A DNA stretch of 64,000 nucleotides. Source: Nemertoderma westbladi. Lineage: Eukaryota > Animalia > Xenacoelomorpha. This document shows positions 1 to 12,343 of the stretch, in pieces. Made by a program: the position numbers and the translations under genes. The stretch lies in NCBI GenBank assembly GCA_032718475.1, contig JAUCBJ010003233.1, forward strand, positions 8,742 to 72,741, read 5' to 3'. The notes beneath the pieces were generated by a model, which saw only the letters and a program-made list of their open reading frames with translations, made no database searches and had not been told where the DNA came from. Each line of letters opens with the position of its first letter. The first letter of the stretch is position 1.

Positions 1-335
1 CCCTCCATTGCATTCTCCCGCGCACATCTCTCCGCCTCCCGCGCTCTCTTATCCCCCTCCGCCTCCATCTCCAACGTCCAATCTTCCCCCCACGCGCTGT
101 TCTTTCTCGCCTCTTCTTCCAAATAATGCTTCTTCTCTATCTCCTCCCACTCGTTTCTTGGATTTAATAACCTCTCCAACCGCGCTTCTTCTTTCTCCCT
201 CGCATACATAGCCACCAATATTTCTTCATTCTCCTTCGCTATTTCAGCCGCCACATCCTCATCTTCCTCCTCTTCCACCTCTTCCTCCACATCCATATCC
301 ACCTCATCCACCACAAGCTCATTTTCCCCCAACAT
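1..335 (-). CDS. Acidic, helical Polinton-associated protein (partial, runs off window edge)
   Basis: Manual translation from ATG at 335 on the minus strand is open to position 1: MLGENELVVDEVDMDVEEEVEEEEDEDVAAEIAKENEEILVAMYAREKEEARLERLL...; absent from the ORF track because no stop lies in the window. Confidence 0.6.
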   Translation of the reverse strand, partial: MLGENELVVDEVDMDVEEEVEEEEDEDVAAEIAKENEEILVAMYAREKEEARLERLLNPRNEWEEIEKKHYLEEEARKNSAWGEDWTLEMEAEGDKRAREAERCARENAME

Positions 336-572
336 ATCCGCGTATAATAAATAAAATAAAGTAATAAATAAATAAATGTGTATAATAATGTATAATACTA
401 TAAATAAATAAATTTATATAATATTTATTTCCATCGATAATTCATTATACCAACAAATAATTTACCACCACAAAATAATAATAATAATAATTTAACCGTG
501 CCCGGCTCATTGCAGCGACACCGCCTACGAACATGGTATATTTATATAATAAAGTTTCTACCGCTCGAAGAT

Positions 573-1901
573 TCACACTGAATGTTTATTCTTCTTTATT
601 TGAGGTTGCCCATTAGTCTCGATTTCATTGAAAATGTCTTCACCATCATCCGTATCATTGACGATGTCCTCTTCAAAGTCGCTGATATCTTCATACTCAT
701 AGCTAGGTGTTTTATTCACGATGAGATCAATTTTTCGCTTAAGCGCTTGTTCTTTCATGGCTTTAGGTGTTTTCATCTTCATCTGAGCGCTCACACCCCC
801 AACGAGAGTATCAATATCCTTATAATCATTCTTTTTTTCAGCGCTGTCTACCCGTTCATTTTCTGCAATCGCGGGCAACCAGATTTTTTTCTCATCCATT
901 TTCTTAGCAGTGACTTTTACTGCTTCGGACGTCTTCAGCTGACTAGCGTTGTTCGGCATTACCACTTTCATTAGTTCCTCGTCCACTAATTCATCAATCG
1001 CAGCCTCAACAACTAACTTTTTAATCGGTAGAAACTCACACCCAGACGGAATATCGTGGTCCGCGTACTTCTGTAATTGCTTAATTATCTTGACATTTGT
1101 GTTGTTTCGAGGGATGAAAATAACCTTGGTGTCGAAGTTGTGGGACAAATATATCCCGTTTTTGTTAACAGTTGATGTGTACCTCATACTAACCTCATCG
1201 ATATTCTCGTTAACATTCATATCTATGTTAAAGTCGAGCAAACAGAATTCATCCACTCTGAGATTCAACCCATCGTAATATAGAACACCCTTCCGCTGTC
1301 TACCTATATCATCCGCTTCCCAAACGCCGACAAATCGTTGCCCTTCAAAGTCGTAGATATATCCAATGTACCCACAATCTTCGAACTCCATAAAATTATC
1401 ATCATGAATTTCCTTCTTTTTTGGTTCAATACGGGAAAGAACGACTTTGCCGTAGATGCTTTGTAAGACATATAGAATTTTTCGCGAGATAAAAATTGAT
1501 GCGCCGTTTTTCCCAATGCGTAAGTACGCATGATTTATTGGTGTTATAAGCAAATTGCCTCGGGTGTATTCCTTGTAATATTCAACGGCTATTTTATTAT
1601 AATTGAGGAAGTCAAACAGGAATCTTATGTTCTGGTAAGTAAGACTTACCGATTCTTGCACGACGTTGCGTCCTTTGGTATCACCCCAACGGTTGAATCG
1701 AACGTATTTCCCGTTAAATGCTTTTATTTCTATTCCTTCCCCCAAACACTCGAGGCCCCACACACTCTTACCTGTAATCACCGATACGTATGGGGCGGGC
1801 GCACTATCAGTAGAGCTACCGCTTAATGACATCATTTTTGGTTGTGATGGTTTCACAGATTCCATCAACAAATTTTGCGAAATATTAATAATTAAGAGCA
1901 A
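573..1901 (-). CDS. Hypothetical Polinton protein (442 aa, acidic then basic C-terminus)
   Basis: Long uninterrupted ORF in AT-rich DNA; no recognised motif. Confidence 0.65.
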   Translation of the reverse strand: MLLIINISQNLLMESVKPSQPKMMSLSGSSTDSAPAPYVSVITGKSVWGLECLGEGIEIKAFNGKYVRFNRWGDTKGRNVVQESVSLTYQNIRFLFDFLNYNKIAVEYYKEYTRGNLLITPINHAYLRIGKNGASIFISRKILYVLQSIYGKVVLSRIEPKKKEIHDDNFMEFEDCGYIGYIYDFEGQRFVGVWEADDIGRQRKGVLYYDGLNLRVDEFCLLDFNIDMNVNENIDEVSMRYTSTVNKNGIYLSHNFDTKVIFIPRNNTNVKIIKQLQKYADHDIPSGCEFLPIKKLVVEAAIDELVDEELMKVVMPNNASQLKTSEAVKVTAKKMDEKKIWLPAIAENERVDSAEKKNDYKDIDTLVGGVSAQMKMKTPKAMKEQALKRKIDLIVNKTPSYEYEDISDFEEDIVNDTDDGEDIFNEIETNGQPQIKKNKHSV

Positions 1902-2456
1902 AAATACAATAATATCGCGCTATACAATGTGCGAAAAATATGATAATGAATGAATTAACCCGAATGACGAAATAAAGTATTTTACGACGTATTTATAATA
2001 TAATGATGGGCTATCGGGAAAACGGGTATATTTTAACCACTCAACCGGATTAATCACTATTGTCCTGAGAGAATTTTTTTTTGAAAAACTTCCTATAAAT
2101 TTCAAGGGAAATATTTATTTACGCTTAAATTGGTTGACGTAAGTGGTAACAGCTTGCGGTGGCGATTAATGCGGTCTATATAAATTTTTATAGACACACC
2201 CCTGAAATTCCACAGAATATTACTCACGGTTAAATTGATTGACGTCAACTGTATTAACTGTGTAGCTTCTTAGAAGTTTCATAATTTTAAGCATGAATGA
2301 ATTTAATTTAATGTTGGCATCGCAAACTTTCTCTCCCAATAGATATTTTTCTGTAATCATTTACTAAAAATGAACGATTGCGGCGCGCGAACGACGTTTT
2401 AAAGACACACCCATTATAAATATACCCATTGGTCAAAATATTATTGATTAAGCGAC

Positions 2457-3089
2457 ATGACAATACTAGGGCAGGTTGAGTCTATAGCTAAGATCATTTT
2501 TTCAAATATATTATTCATTGTTACCTTTCTTTTCGGAATTTTTTTAGGTAAAATACGCCGTAATGAAAAAATGTTTCCAATAATACAAGCTGAAAATAGT
2601 TACCGCGGTCCTAATTCAATTATTCCAATTAAAATTGAATTGTTAAGCCCGGCAGCTCGGGCGCCTGTATGCGGTTCATATAGTCCAGCTGGGATTGATA
2701 TATATAGCGCCGTGAATAGAACAATAGAGCCGCACTCACGAATGTTAATTGAGACGGGTGTTAAAATATATTTACCCGCCAATTATTTTGGAAGAATTAC
2801 ACCGACTTTTAGCTTGACAAAAATTGGCATTGATGTTGCAGAATGTGCGGTCGATTCCAGTGTCGCGCGTGATAATATAGATCAACTTGTAATTATATTG
2901 ATTAACAACACATCTAAGGAATACGTTGTAACATCGGGCGATAAAATATGCCAGCTTATATGCCAACAATGTAATGCGGCAATACTCTACGTTTCTAATA
3001 TTTATTCGGATGATTATTTTGGGCTTTTACCGACGAATTTAACGCCGTATGGGGAAGAGATTAATTCAGCATTTCACCACACATATTAA
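2457..3089 (+). CDS. dUTPase-fold protein with degenerate catalytic motifs and N-terminal hydrophobic segment
   Basis: AGIDIYS (motif 1), IETGVKIYLP, GDKICQLI (motif 4) present; motif 2 RSG is TFS, motif 3 GVIDxDYRG is CAVDSSVARD, motif 5 RGxxGFGSTG absent. Confidence 0.8.
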   Translation: MTILGQVESIAKIIFSNILFIVTFLFGIFLGKIRRNEKMFPIIQAENSYRGPNSIIPIKIELLSPAARAPVCGSYSPAGIDIYSAVNRTIEPHSRMLIETGVKIYLPANYFGRITPTFSLTKIGIDVAECAVDSSVARDNIDQLVIILINNTSKEYVVTSGDKICQLICQQCNAAILYVSNIYSDDYFGLLPTNLTPYGEEINSAFHHTY

Positions 3090-3383
3090 ATATGTGACAT
3101 TAAACGCATAACACCAAACTCGGGGTGGTGACACATGCCAATACTATTTCAATACTCTTACACGCGATTATACAACATAGTTAATAGAGCATATAAATAG
3201 GATAATGTCAGTTCAGTAAATTTTGGTTGGTTAAACGGTTTCTAGCGTGGGTGGCTGGTTGACTGGGTATTGGATATATTTATCTACATAAAATCTGCCG
3301 CATCTCTTTCATCGGCATATTGTAAATATGTTTTCTGTACCTACGTTAATAAATATATTATAATCGTAATAATAATAATTATA

Positions 3384-6300
3384 ATGATGGAGATTAATTG
3401 CGTTTTTTGCGGTTGTACTATACTTAAGAAAAATTATTTACGGCATTTACGCACACATTTCGATGGGTATGTTTGCGATAATTGTAATTGCCGAACTACT
3501 TCTGAAAGAATAGCAATATTTCACAGTAATAGATGTTGCGGGTTGTCTCGTCCGAATTACACCTACTGAGGTTACACGCTATCCTGCCCGACATGCTCTG
3601 ATGATTTTGAAAACTTCGATTCATATATCGAACATAGTTGCCATCAAAACCATTACAATTCCCGCAAACGCAAACATAACCAAAAACAATCAGAACCGAC
3701 ATTTCAACCGGATCTCAACGTTGGTTCGCCTGTAAGCATTACAAACAGCTCAGATACACCCAACAAAGGTTTTCATCTCTCAAAAACATGTCACGAATCA
3801 CGCGTTCAGGAATATACCCATAATGTGTCATCTAATGAGATGTATCCAGATGTGCCGAATTATTTAAATTATATGGGGTTATATGCTTCGTGCGCTTTTA
3901 ACACGGCGGCATCGGCTTTTATTGATATGTTTTATAAAGTGTGGGTAATTGCTTCAGTGATAATGGAACGTGATGATGCTAATTATACTCTACAAGAAGA
4001 ATTCCATTTTACTTCGATCGGTACAGATAATTATATTGAAAATAGCTCGGATTTTGACGAATGGTACTACGCAGTCATTTCCCATATCGGTGAAAAAATA
4101 TCGCAATTTATTAGGCGGGGTAGCGGCTGGAAACTTGTAACTCTATCGCGCATCAAACTTACTATTGCGTCATACTTGCGATCGGTATATCGTTTTGGAC
4201 ATAGCGGTGATGCCAACCAATCAATCCCGACAAAATTAAAAAATAAACATTGTATAATAAATGTACCGTGTAATGAAGGTGAATGTTTTAAGTGGGCGGT
4301 CCTGACAGCAAAATTTTCAAAACATATATCGGATGATCACACACTGCGCCATGTTTCACGCCAAAGTTCTTATAATCAGTATTTAGGGTTTTTTAATTTA
4401 AGCGAATTAGATTCTACCCTATCATGGAAACTAAATATTCTAAAGTTTGAAAAAAATAATCCAAATTATTTAAAAAATTTATTGTACTTTGATAGAAGTA
4501 GCGAAAAAATTTCCTTTCTACGACAACCAAGCGCTAAAAAAGCTGAAGGTAAAAGATTGCTAAATTTATTGCTTATTGAACGTCAAAATTTAACCTCAAC
4601 AAATCACATCGTCGGGGTTTCTAACTTAAATAGATTATTTAATGGTCGTGGGGAAGGCAATAGCAACAATCATTGTCATCGTTGTGAGCGGTGTATTCGC
4701 GGTTTCTACAGTCCAAATGCGTTAGAACGCCATAGATTAGGGTGTTGGCAAGGCGGGCGCCAAATAGAGGAGATGCCATCTAAACTGAATTTACGTTTTA
4801 CTAATTACTATAAGTCTGTGAGTACACCTTTCATAGTATATATGGATTTCGAAGTGGTACTAGCCCCAACAAATAATGTAAAAAAATATTATATAGCCGA
4901 ACATCTCCCGTCGGCCGTTTCATATTTGATTGTCCCCAATAGCGAATTAATTAACCCCCCAAATTATTTTTTGTCTACATTTAGACAAAATATCGATAAT
5001 AACTCGGTACAGAATTTTATTGATAGTCTGGTTTTTGATTTATTTAAGTGTTATGAATGGTCTACCTTTAACACACACCACCCCAAACACCTGGATCACA
5101 CACAATACCAAGCTTATATGCGTACCACAAATTGCTTTAATTGTAAATCATTTTTTCGGGAAGATATAAATCCAAGTGTGATGCATCACAACCATTACAA
5201 CGGGGCTTTCATTGGTGCGGCGTGTATTTCCTATAATAAACAATTAAGTGTTAAATGTCACCTATTCCCAGTTGTCTGTCATAATTTTTTTTTTATGATT
5301 CACATTTAATTTTACAAAAAGGGTTTGCCGGTAGTAAATATAAAAATTGGAACATTGAAACCATTGCAAAAAATACTGAAAGATATATCTCACTCCGCAT
5401 CGATATTCCAATGTCAGAAGCACTTAGCGTGCTTGGTTATGCTATTCCAGAAAAGGACGTAAGAGGGCTCCCAACCAGCAAATCAATAACTATACAGTTT
5501 ATTGATTCATTCGCGTTTATGGGATTTTCCCTTTCTGCTTTGGCTGGGTTTTTGACAAAAGATGTGTCAGATTTAACAACCGTTATTCCGCACACTGTGA
5601 AGCAAATGAGAAAATTATATCCAAATGTTACCAACGAAATTTTATGCCGTAAGTCAGTTTTTCCTTACGAATATGTCGATTCCTTAAGTAAATTGGGGGA
5701 TACTAAATTACCGCATCCAAAAGAGTTTTACAGTGAATTAACATTATCATCTATTAGCCCTGAAGAATATACATTTGCTCATCTTTCGTGGGAACAATTT
5801 CAATGTGAGACACTTTTTGATTATTTGGAAGCTTACTTACATCTTGACGTGTTGCTGCTAGCCGATATTTTTGAAAATTTTCGCGCATATTGTACTAAAC
5901 ATTATTCGCTTGAGGTCTCGAACTATTACACGATGGCAGGGGTTAGTTGGGACGCGGCTTTGAGATTTTCCAAGTCACATATTCGTCTACTTGCAGACCA
6001 TGAAATGTATTTAACATTCGAAAATTCCATTAGGGGTGGAGTTTCTTACACCAACCTTCATATGGCAAATGCGAATATACCAGGCACAGAAACATACGAC
6101 CCTAATAAACCCGAAGCTCATTTATATAATTTAGATTTCAACAGTTTATATAGCGGTTCTTTGTCGGAGAAACTTCCTTATTCTGACTTTGAATGGTTGG
6201 ATGTTGATAGTGTCGATATCATGAGTCTGGAAATTGACGAAATATATGAATACTTTGCAGTTGTAGACCTTGAATACCCAATGACTATTCATGATGCCAC

Positions 6301-7453
6301 AGCCGAGCTTCCATTTGCACCGGAGCATGTTAAACTCGATAGTAGGTATCTCAGTCCACACATGAAAAGTCTTTGGCGACATTATAATGGTGATAAAATT
6401 TTCAATAGCCCAGCAAAAAAATTGATGTTAACCCAATTTGATAAGTATGAGTACGGTGTGCATCTAAAATTATTGCGCTTTTATATTCATCATGGTATGC
6501 GCTTGATTAAAGTTCATAAACTTATTAGATTTAAGCAAGGTTACATTTTTAAGGATTTTATTGAATATAACACCAAGCAAAGAAAAATAGCAAGCAATGA
6601 CTTTTATGATAAGTTTCACAAAGGAACAAATAACGCGCTTTTCGGGAAAAGCATGGAGAATATACGGGACCGTGTCTCATTTCGCTTATGTAATTCAATC
6701 GAGAAATGTGACTTATTATTATCCAAGCCGAATCACGAAAATTTAATTATGTTCACTGATTCATTATCAGGTCACGTCCTATCTAAGACTGCGGTTTGTT
6801 TGCATAAACCTATTTTTTTAGGCCAAGCTGTATTGGACCTGTCGAAGTTAGATTATTACAGTTTCTTCTACGAGAAATTAAAGCCCCTGGAAGCCGAATT
6901 AAATTGTAGTATAAATTTGTTAGGTGGGGACAAGGATTCTTTTTTTTTACAGTGTGTTGGTTTATCCCAACACCAATTTTTATCTGCGTTACAATCAAAA
7001 AAAGTTTTAGACTGTTCAAATTATCCTATTACACATCCGTTGTATACAGTAGAACAGAAAGGGAAATATAGATATTTAAAGGATGAAGGGAAGTCTATCC
7101 CGTTTGACCAGGTTATTTTACTTAGACCAAAATGTTATAGCTTTCGTGGGGGGTCAGTTCCAAAACGTGCCGCTAAAGGCGTAGGAAAAATGGTTATAAA
7201 AAAGAAACTCTCCCACGAATCATATTTAAAAGTATATAACGAGGTTAGCGAGCATTACGAATACAGTCAAAGGTTTCAATCTAATTTACATAAAATATAC
7301 ACCGTTTCACAAAGAAAAAAATCGCTAACACTGTGGGAAGATAAAAGATACTACACATCGACTAATGAAAGTCTACCTTACGGCCATTATAAAACACATT
7401 TGGATCGTAAAGCGCCTGCCCCTAAGCTTTATATACCGCCCATTATAGAATAG
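3384..7453 (+). pseudogene. Protein-primed family B DNA polymerase (pPolB), frameshifted
   Basis: Zn-finger-like N-terminal piece (3384-3569); GSGW, CFKWAV, YMDFE (ExoI); HN..YDSH across a T10 frameshift at 5285-5294; FIDS, FPYEY, DFNSLY, KxxxNALFGK, and GGDKDS in place of YxDTDS. Confidence 0.92.
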
Positions 7454-7462
7454 CGGATTGCG

Positions 7463-8022
7463 ATGTCTTTTAGTGTTGTCAACAGTAATATAAGTTTGAG
7501 GTTGGTTGATGGGTGCATATCATTCGATGTGCTGGCTAAACGAATTCGAAATGGAAAACTCATCTTAAAGCCTTTTCAATATATCGCCAAAATTTGCGGA
7601 TGGATGTGTCTCTTTTTCCCGAGCGGTAAGGTCACTGTACTCGGTAAATCGCCTAAAATAAAAAAATTATTAAGTATATATATAAGCATACTGATTATAA
7701 ACTAACTTTTATTTCAATCAATAGCCAAACTTATATTATTAACAATCTAGACATAGACTATAGCAAATTAATGAAAACGGTCGGGTTTCATTTTTTAGAT
7801 AATTATTATAATGTGGAGGTGAAATATGAGCCAGAGATATTTAATAATATTCTTGTGCAGTTTTATCGTCGGGGTAAAACTAGTTCTAATATCATAACAT
7901 TTTGCGTTTTTTACACACGAAATGTTGTGTGTATGGCAAGACCCAGGATATTTCGAGTATTTTTTCCAAAGTTTTTGAATTTTATTGGTAATTTAGATAG
8001 TCATTTAGGTAGAAATATTTAA
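7463..8022 (+). pseudogene. TATA-binding-protein-like gene split in two ORFs
   Basis: CLFFPSGKVTVLG resembles TBP repeat 1 (LIFSSGKMVCTG); YEPEIFNNILVQF and CVFYTRNVVCMA resemble repeat 2 (YEPELFPGLIYRM, LIFVSGKVVLTG). Confidence 0.7.
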
Positions 8023-8449
8023 TATTTAATTTTTTCATTTCTGGTGCCAGTTTTAGGTTTGTCCGGTGGGATCTCGTTAGGTTTTTAAATAAACATGGAT
8101 ATTAACATTATTCACATTATATATAATGTGTTTTATCGGTAGTCTTAGGTTGTCAAGGGCGTCAATTTCATTTCTGATGTCGGTTTATATTTACATAAAT
8201 CTAGTCTATCTGTCTATTTGTCGGTCTTTCTGTCAGTCAGTATGTCAAAATTAATTCATTGTTCGCGTTATATAATGTATTTTATTAATTATTGATGTTA
8301 GGTTTTAAAGAGTGCCGGTTTCTATAATTGCTCGGTTTTATTGCGTGAAAAACCCCACCCACGCATATAATCGATACTATTTATAACGGTGGTGGTGTTT
8401 TATTACTTACAATTATTGTTCTCGTTTATATAAGTTATTAATATATGTA

Positions 8450-8914
8450 ATGAAATCACTCAAAGCTTTAATTAAACAATTTGACGGGGATTTAAAGTTC
8501 TTATCTAACGCCTCCCTTAACCGTAGAAAAACCTTCTTACGCGTCGGTGGAACCGACGAACTTATAAGTTTTCTAATTAATATTATTCTAAATGTATTAA
8601 ATGGTAACGTAAAAATTCCTGAGCAAACAATCGTGAGGTTAAAACGCCATAAAAAAACAATACGCGAGATCGCTAAAAAGCCAAAAGCAGCCAAGTATCC
8701 CATTCGAATTTATCGTAAACGATTGGTGCAAAGGGGCGGATTTATAAATCTACTAATCTCTGGTTTAATGAGTGGGCTTAACGCTTATCAGAAAATATCA
8801 CCCATAATAACGGCTGTAAGAGGCATAAAATTAGCCCAATCCCGCCGGGGGTATAGACCTAGTACCTCTGGTACATGCGTCAACCGTCAAGTTTCTAGGT
8901 TTCCCATCTACTGA
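8450..8914 (+). CDS. Small basic Polinton virion core-like protein (adenovirus pX-like motif)
   Basis: LNVLNGNVKI...KRHKKTIREIA...LVQRGGFINLL pattern typical of Polintons; xxGG|F resembles an adenain cleavage site. Confidence 0.7.
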   Translation: MKSLKALIKQFDGDLKFLSNASLNRRKTFLRVGGTDELISFLINIILNVLNGNVKIPEQTIVRLKRHKKTIREIAKKPKAAKYPIRIYRKRLVQRGGFINLLISGLMSGLNAYQKISPIITAVRGIKLAQSRRGYRPSTSGTCVNRQVSRFPIY

Positions 8915-8931
8915 GTGGCTACCTATCAACA

Positions 8932-9657
8932 ATGTCCCGAGAGCCGACGATATCGCAGGAACCAATCACATCATACGACGCCTCTTTCAAGATGGGTTCG
9001 GCCATGATTATTGCGGGTCCAAGTTCTTCCGGAAAAACAGTGCTGGTATCAAAAATTGTAAAAAATAAAAATTTAGTTTTTGATATAACCCCGAAGCGTG
9101 TATTATTCTTTTATGGCGCCACCCCACCAGAATTCCCAGGTATAACACATCTATTCAAAGGTTTACCGCAAAAAATTAATTCTATTTTCCGCGAAAACGA
9201 TCTAATTATTATAGACGACTTGTTAAGCGAAAGTAAGAGTGATGAGAGTTTGACAGAAAGCTTCACAAAAACCTGCCATCATACTTCCTGTTTCATTATC
9301 TATATAACACAAAATTTCTTCAGTAAAGGGGCGGAAACACGGACTAGAAGTCTAAATGCCCAATATTGTATTTTCACAAAAAATCCCCGCGACACAAGTC
9401 AAAGCGACACAAGTCAAATAAGTTATATAGCGCGGCAAGTGTACCCAAAAAATAGCAATTTTATTGTTCAAGCATATAGTGACGCCACACAAAAACCATT
9501 CACACACCTTCTCTTAGACTTTCATCAAAAAACGGATGATAGTATAAGAGTTAGGGATGATATTTTCAACCCATTAGGGCAAACTGTTTATCAACCCACG
9601 AACACGAACTCTAACACACCTCACCAACGCCCTGAGGCTCAGTCTATACCGCAGTAG
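8932..9657 (+). CDS. A32/FtsK-like genome packaging ATPase
   Basis: Walker A GPSSSGKT, Walker B IIIDD, ITQN, RSLNAQY, KNPRD. Confidence 0.92.
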   Translation: MSREPTISQEPITSYDASFKMGSAMIIAGPSSSGKTVLVSKIVKNKNLVFDITPKRVLFFYGATPPEFPGITHLFKGLPQKINSIFRENDLIIIDDLLSESKSDESLTESFTKTCHHTSCFIIYITQNFFSKGAETRTRSLNAQYCIFTKNPRDTSQSDTSQISYIARQVYPKNSNFIVQAYSDATQKPFTHLLLDFHQKTDDSIRVRDDIFNPLGQTVYQPTNTNSNTPHQRPEAQSIPQ

Positions 9658-9778
9658 CGACGCCGCGCGAAAACCATTTTCACACCTTGTTTAGACTTTC
9701 ACCAAAATTAGGTTATTATCGGTCCATGAACGTGAACTCTAGTATATAGTATTAATATATTAATAATGATATATAACG

Positions 9779-10160
9779 ATGAAAAATAACGAGATTAGCC
9801 TCGGAAATTTTAAGAAGTTGTATCTAGTTTCTACTTTATTAACGGATACTTATAATAATAATAAGAAGAAAAGCAATAATATAATACAACCCCTAGATGG
9901 TGTGACAATTTCATCCCAGAAAGCCAAACGATTGTTGAGTTATTTGATGCGATTCTCGTGAGACAGAGTACGGTGGAGTGATAATAATAAACTCTATATA
10001 GAAAATAAACTTATACCCGGAGCGAATATTGATCATTTGATTGAATTGCTGACTACAAAAAAAATAAGAAAAACACCAAAATAATTCCAGGACAAACAAC
10101 ATTTTTGGGGTTATTAAAACGATTAAGGATACCAAAACGATTAATTGGTCGCGGTTGGTT
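9779..10160 (+). pseudogene. Conserved Polinton protein, interrupted by stops
   Basis: Reading through the TGA gives KAKRLLSYL...VRWSDNNKLYIENKLIPGANIDHLI, a W..GE...IPGSNI.DL-type motif common in Polintons. Confidence 0.5.
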
Positions 10161-10357
10161 GAAACGGTAAAGGGTCCATGTGACCCCCTCCAACGCAAAA
10201 CGCATCGATGCGTGGAAACAATACGTAGGACTACAATAAATCGACGTGCGGAAACAAAACGCGGGATAACATTAAAATAGTAGTATGTTTTTTGAACGTT
10301 TCATATTAAGTATTAACTGTCATTGCAAGTGTTTTCTACCGCGACACGACACAACCG

Positions 10358-11443
10358 ATGGGGAGAATCGTAGAAAATCGAACAAACAAACGACTGGGAA
10401 GAATATATTACGATGTTTCAAATGCTGCCGGTTTCGCGAGCATAACCAAACTAGCGAAAGCCGCTAAAGTTACGAGAAATCGTGCAAAGGAGTGGTTGAG
10501 CTCCCAACGAACGTATTCCCTACACGCGCCGGCTAGGCGCCATTACCCGACATCAAAAATTTTCACGGGCGGCATTGGAGATCTATATCAGGTGGACCTA
10601 TGCGATATGCAACCCTTTAGGGCGGAGAATAATGGTTATGGTTACATAATTACATGTATCGATTGCTTTAGTCGCAAGGCGTGGGCACTAGGGTTAAAAC
10701 GTAAAACCGGTGTCAAAATTAAACGCGCCCTAACCACGATATTCGAAGAAAGGAAGCCTAAACGACTAGCAGTTGATCAAGGAACTGAGTTTGTAAATAA
10801 ATTAGTGAAAGAATTCTTACAGAATAATAATGTTAATTTTTATACATTAGTTAGCCAATTTAAAGCTAGCTTCTGTGAGAGGCTGAACCGTACACTTAAG
10901 TCGAAAATGTATAAAGTGTTCACAAGATGGCAAAATAGGAAATGGATCAACATATTACCGAAGCTGGTAATTTCATATAATAATTCAATACATAGAACCA
11001 TCGGTATGGCGCCAAACTCAGTCAATAAAAATAATGAAACTGACTTATTTTTAAAACTATATGGCAGTGTGCGCCATCCCAATAAAAAGAAACGCCGCAA
11101 ACAGCGTCGAGTTCATTTCAAGGTTGGTGATAAGGTGCGGCTGAGTTTAGCTAGAAAGCCATTTGACAAAGGTTATATACCTAATTATACAGTAGAAATT
11201 TTCGAAATTTACAGAATAAGATTGGATCGAGAGCCGTACCCTATGTACGAAGTTGTGGATTCGAATGGGCACGTTATAAAGGGGACATTTTATCGACATG
11301 AAATCCAAAAGGTAAAAGAACCATTTAAATTCCTATCAATTGAAAAAATAATTAAAGAAAAAGTAAATAAAAGCGGCAAAAAGCAATATTTGGTTAAATT
11401 TGTTGGTTTTGCGGCACATCGATGGGTTGATCACGTACAATAA
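10358..11443 (+). CDS. Retroviral-type (c-integrase) DDE integrase with C-terminal chromodomain-like region
   Basis: QVDLCDM, IDCFSRKAW, VDQGTEF, CERLNRTLK, YNNSIHRTIGMAP, FKVGDKVR, YLVKFVGF. Confidence 0.95.
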   Translation: MGRIVENRTNKRLGRIYYDVSNAAGFASITKLAKAAKVTRNRAKEWLSSQRTYSLHAPARRHYPTSKIFTGGIGDLYQVDLCDMQPFRAENNGYGYIITCIDCFSRKAWALGLKRKTGVKIKRALTTIFEERKPKRLAVDQGTEFVNKLVKEFLQNNNVNFYTLVSQFKASFCERLNRTLKSKMYKVFTRWQNRKWINILPKLVISYNNSIHRTIGMAPNSVNKNNETDLFLKLYGSVRHPNKKKRRKQRRVHFKVGDKVRLSLARKPFDKGYIPNYTVEIFEIYRIRLDREPYPMYEVVDSNGHVIKGTFYRHEIQKVKEPFKFLSIEKIIKEKVNKSGKKQYLVKFVGFAAHRWVDHVQ

Positions 11444-11457
11444 TTAATTATATTATT

Positions 11458-12343
11458 ATGGATTACTTACATTTAACGTTGACTTCCGACGCCAGTCTAG
11501 ATAAATATCCCGATAACACTCCCAGCGATTTCACGATTGAGTTGTCCAAACCTATCCCCGTCAGCACAGATTGGGTCGCGGGTCTAAAGGAAATATAGTA
11601 TGTGTCGACAATATAGAAATATTGAACAAAGATCTGGAATTAGAATTGGTGAATATATGTATGATGAGGATTTTGAATTTCATATAGCTCCATACAATCT
11701 TATAGAAATCGATTTTAATCTTGGGCTATATGCTTCTATTGAGTCAATTTTAAACCATATTAGTGTTTATTTGAAAAATCTCTCAATATCCCACCACAGT
11801 TTCAAAGATGTTAAGTTTAACTACCAAAAACATACATCAAAAATTCATCTACATTGTAAGAAAGGTCGCTATTTCCAATTCTATGGAGATATTATAAATA
11901 TTTTCGGGTTATCGAGTTTAAAAAATAATTTAATGGGTCTTGGGGCGCTTTGGGCAATACACTACAACGAAGATGATGGTTTATTGAACTTAGGCTGTAA
12001 AGATACAAACAAAATGGATGGAGTTGAATTCCCCGAACCTTGCGATATAACGAGGGATAGACACACAATGTTTATATATACAGATATGATTGAATCTTCT
12101 CACGTAGGACATTCGATGGCGCCTCTTTTGCGGATAATCCCTTTGAAATGGGAACCATACTCATTCATCAACCAGGAATTCAAAAACACACATTACAAAC
12201 AATTAAGAAATAAAAAAGTGCTCGATACAATTAGTATAACGCTTCGCGACCATAAAGGAAAGCATATAGTCTTTCATGGAGGTAAAACAATTTTAGTTCT
12301 AGAACTCAAAAAACAACAACGGCGACAAAAACTACAAGAATGA
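11458..12343 (+). pseudogene. Minor capsid (penton) protein 1, stop plus frameshift near 11597
   Basis: LTLTSDASLDKYPDNTPSDFTIEL...WVAGLKEI* then MFIYTDMIESSHVGHSMAPLLRII...ISITLRDHKG. Confidence 0.8.
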
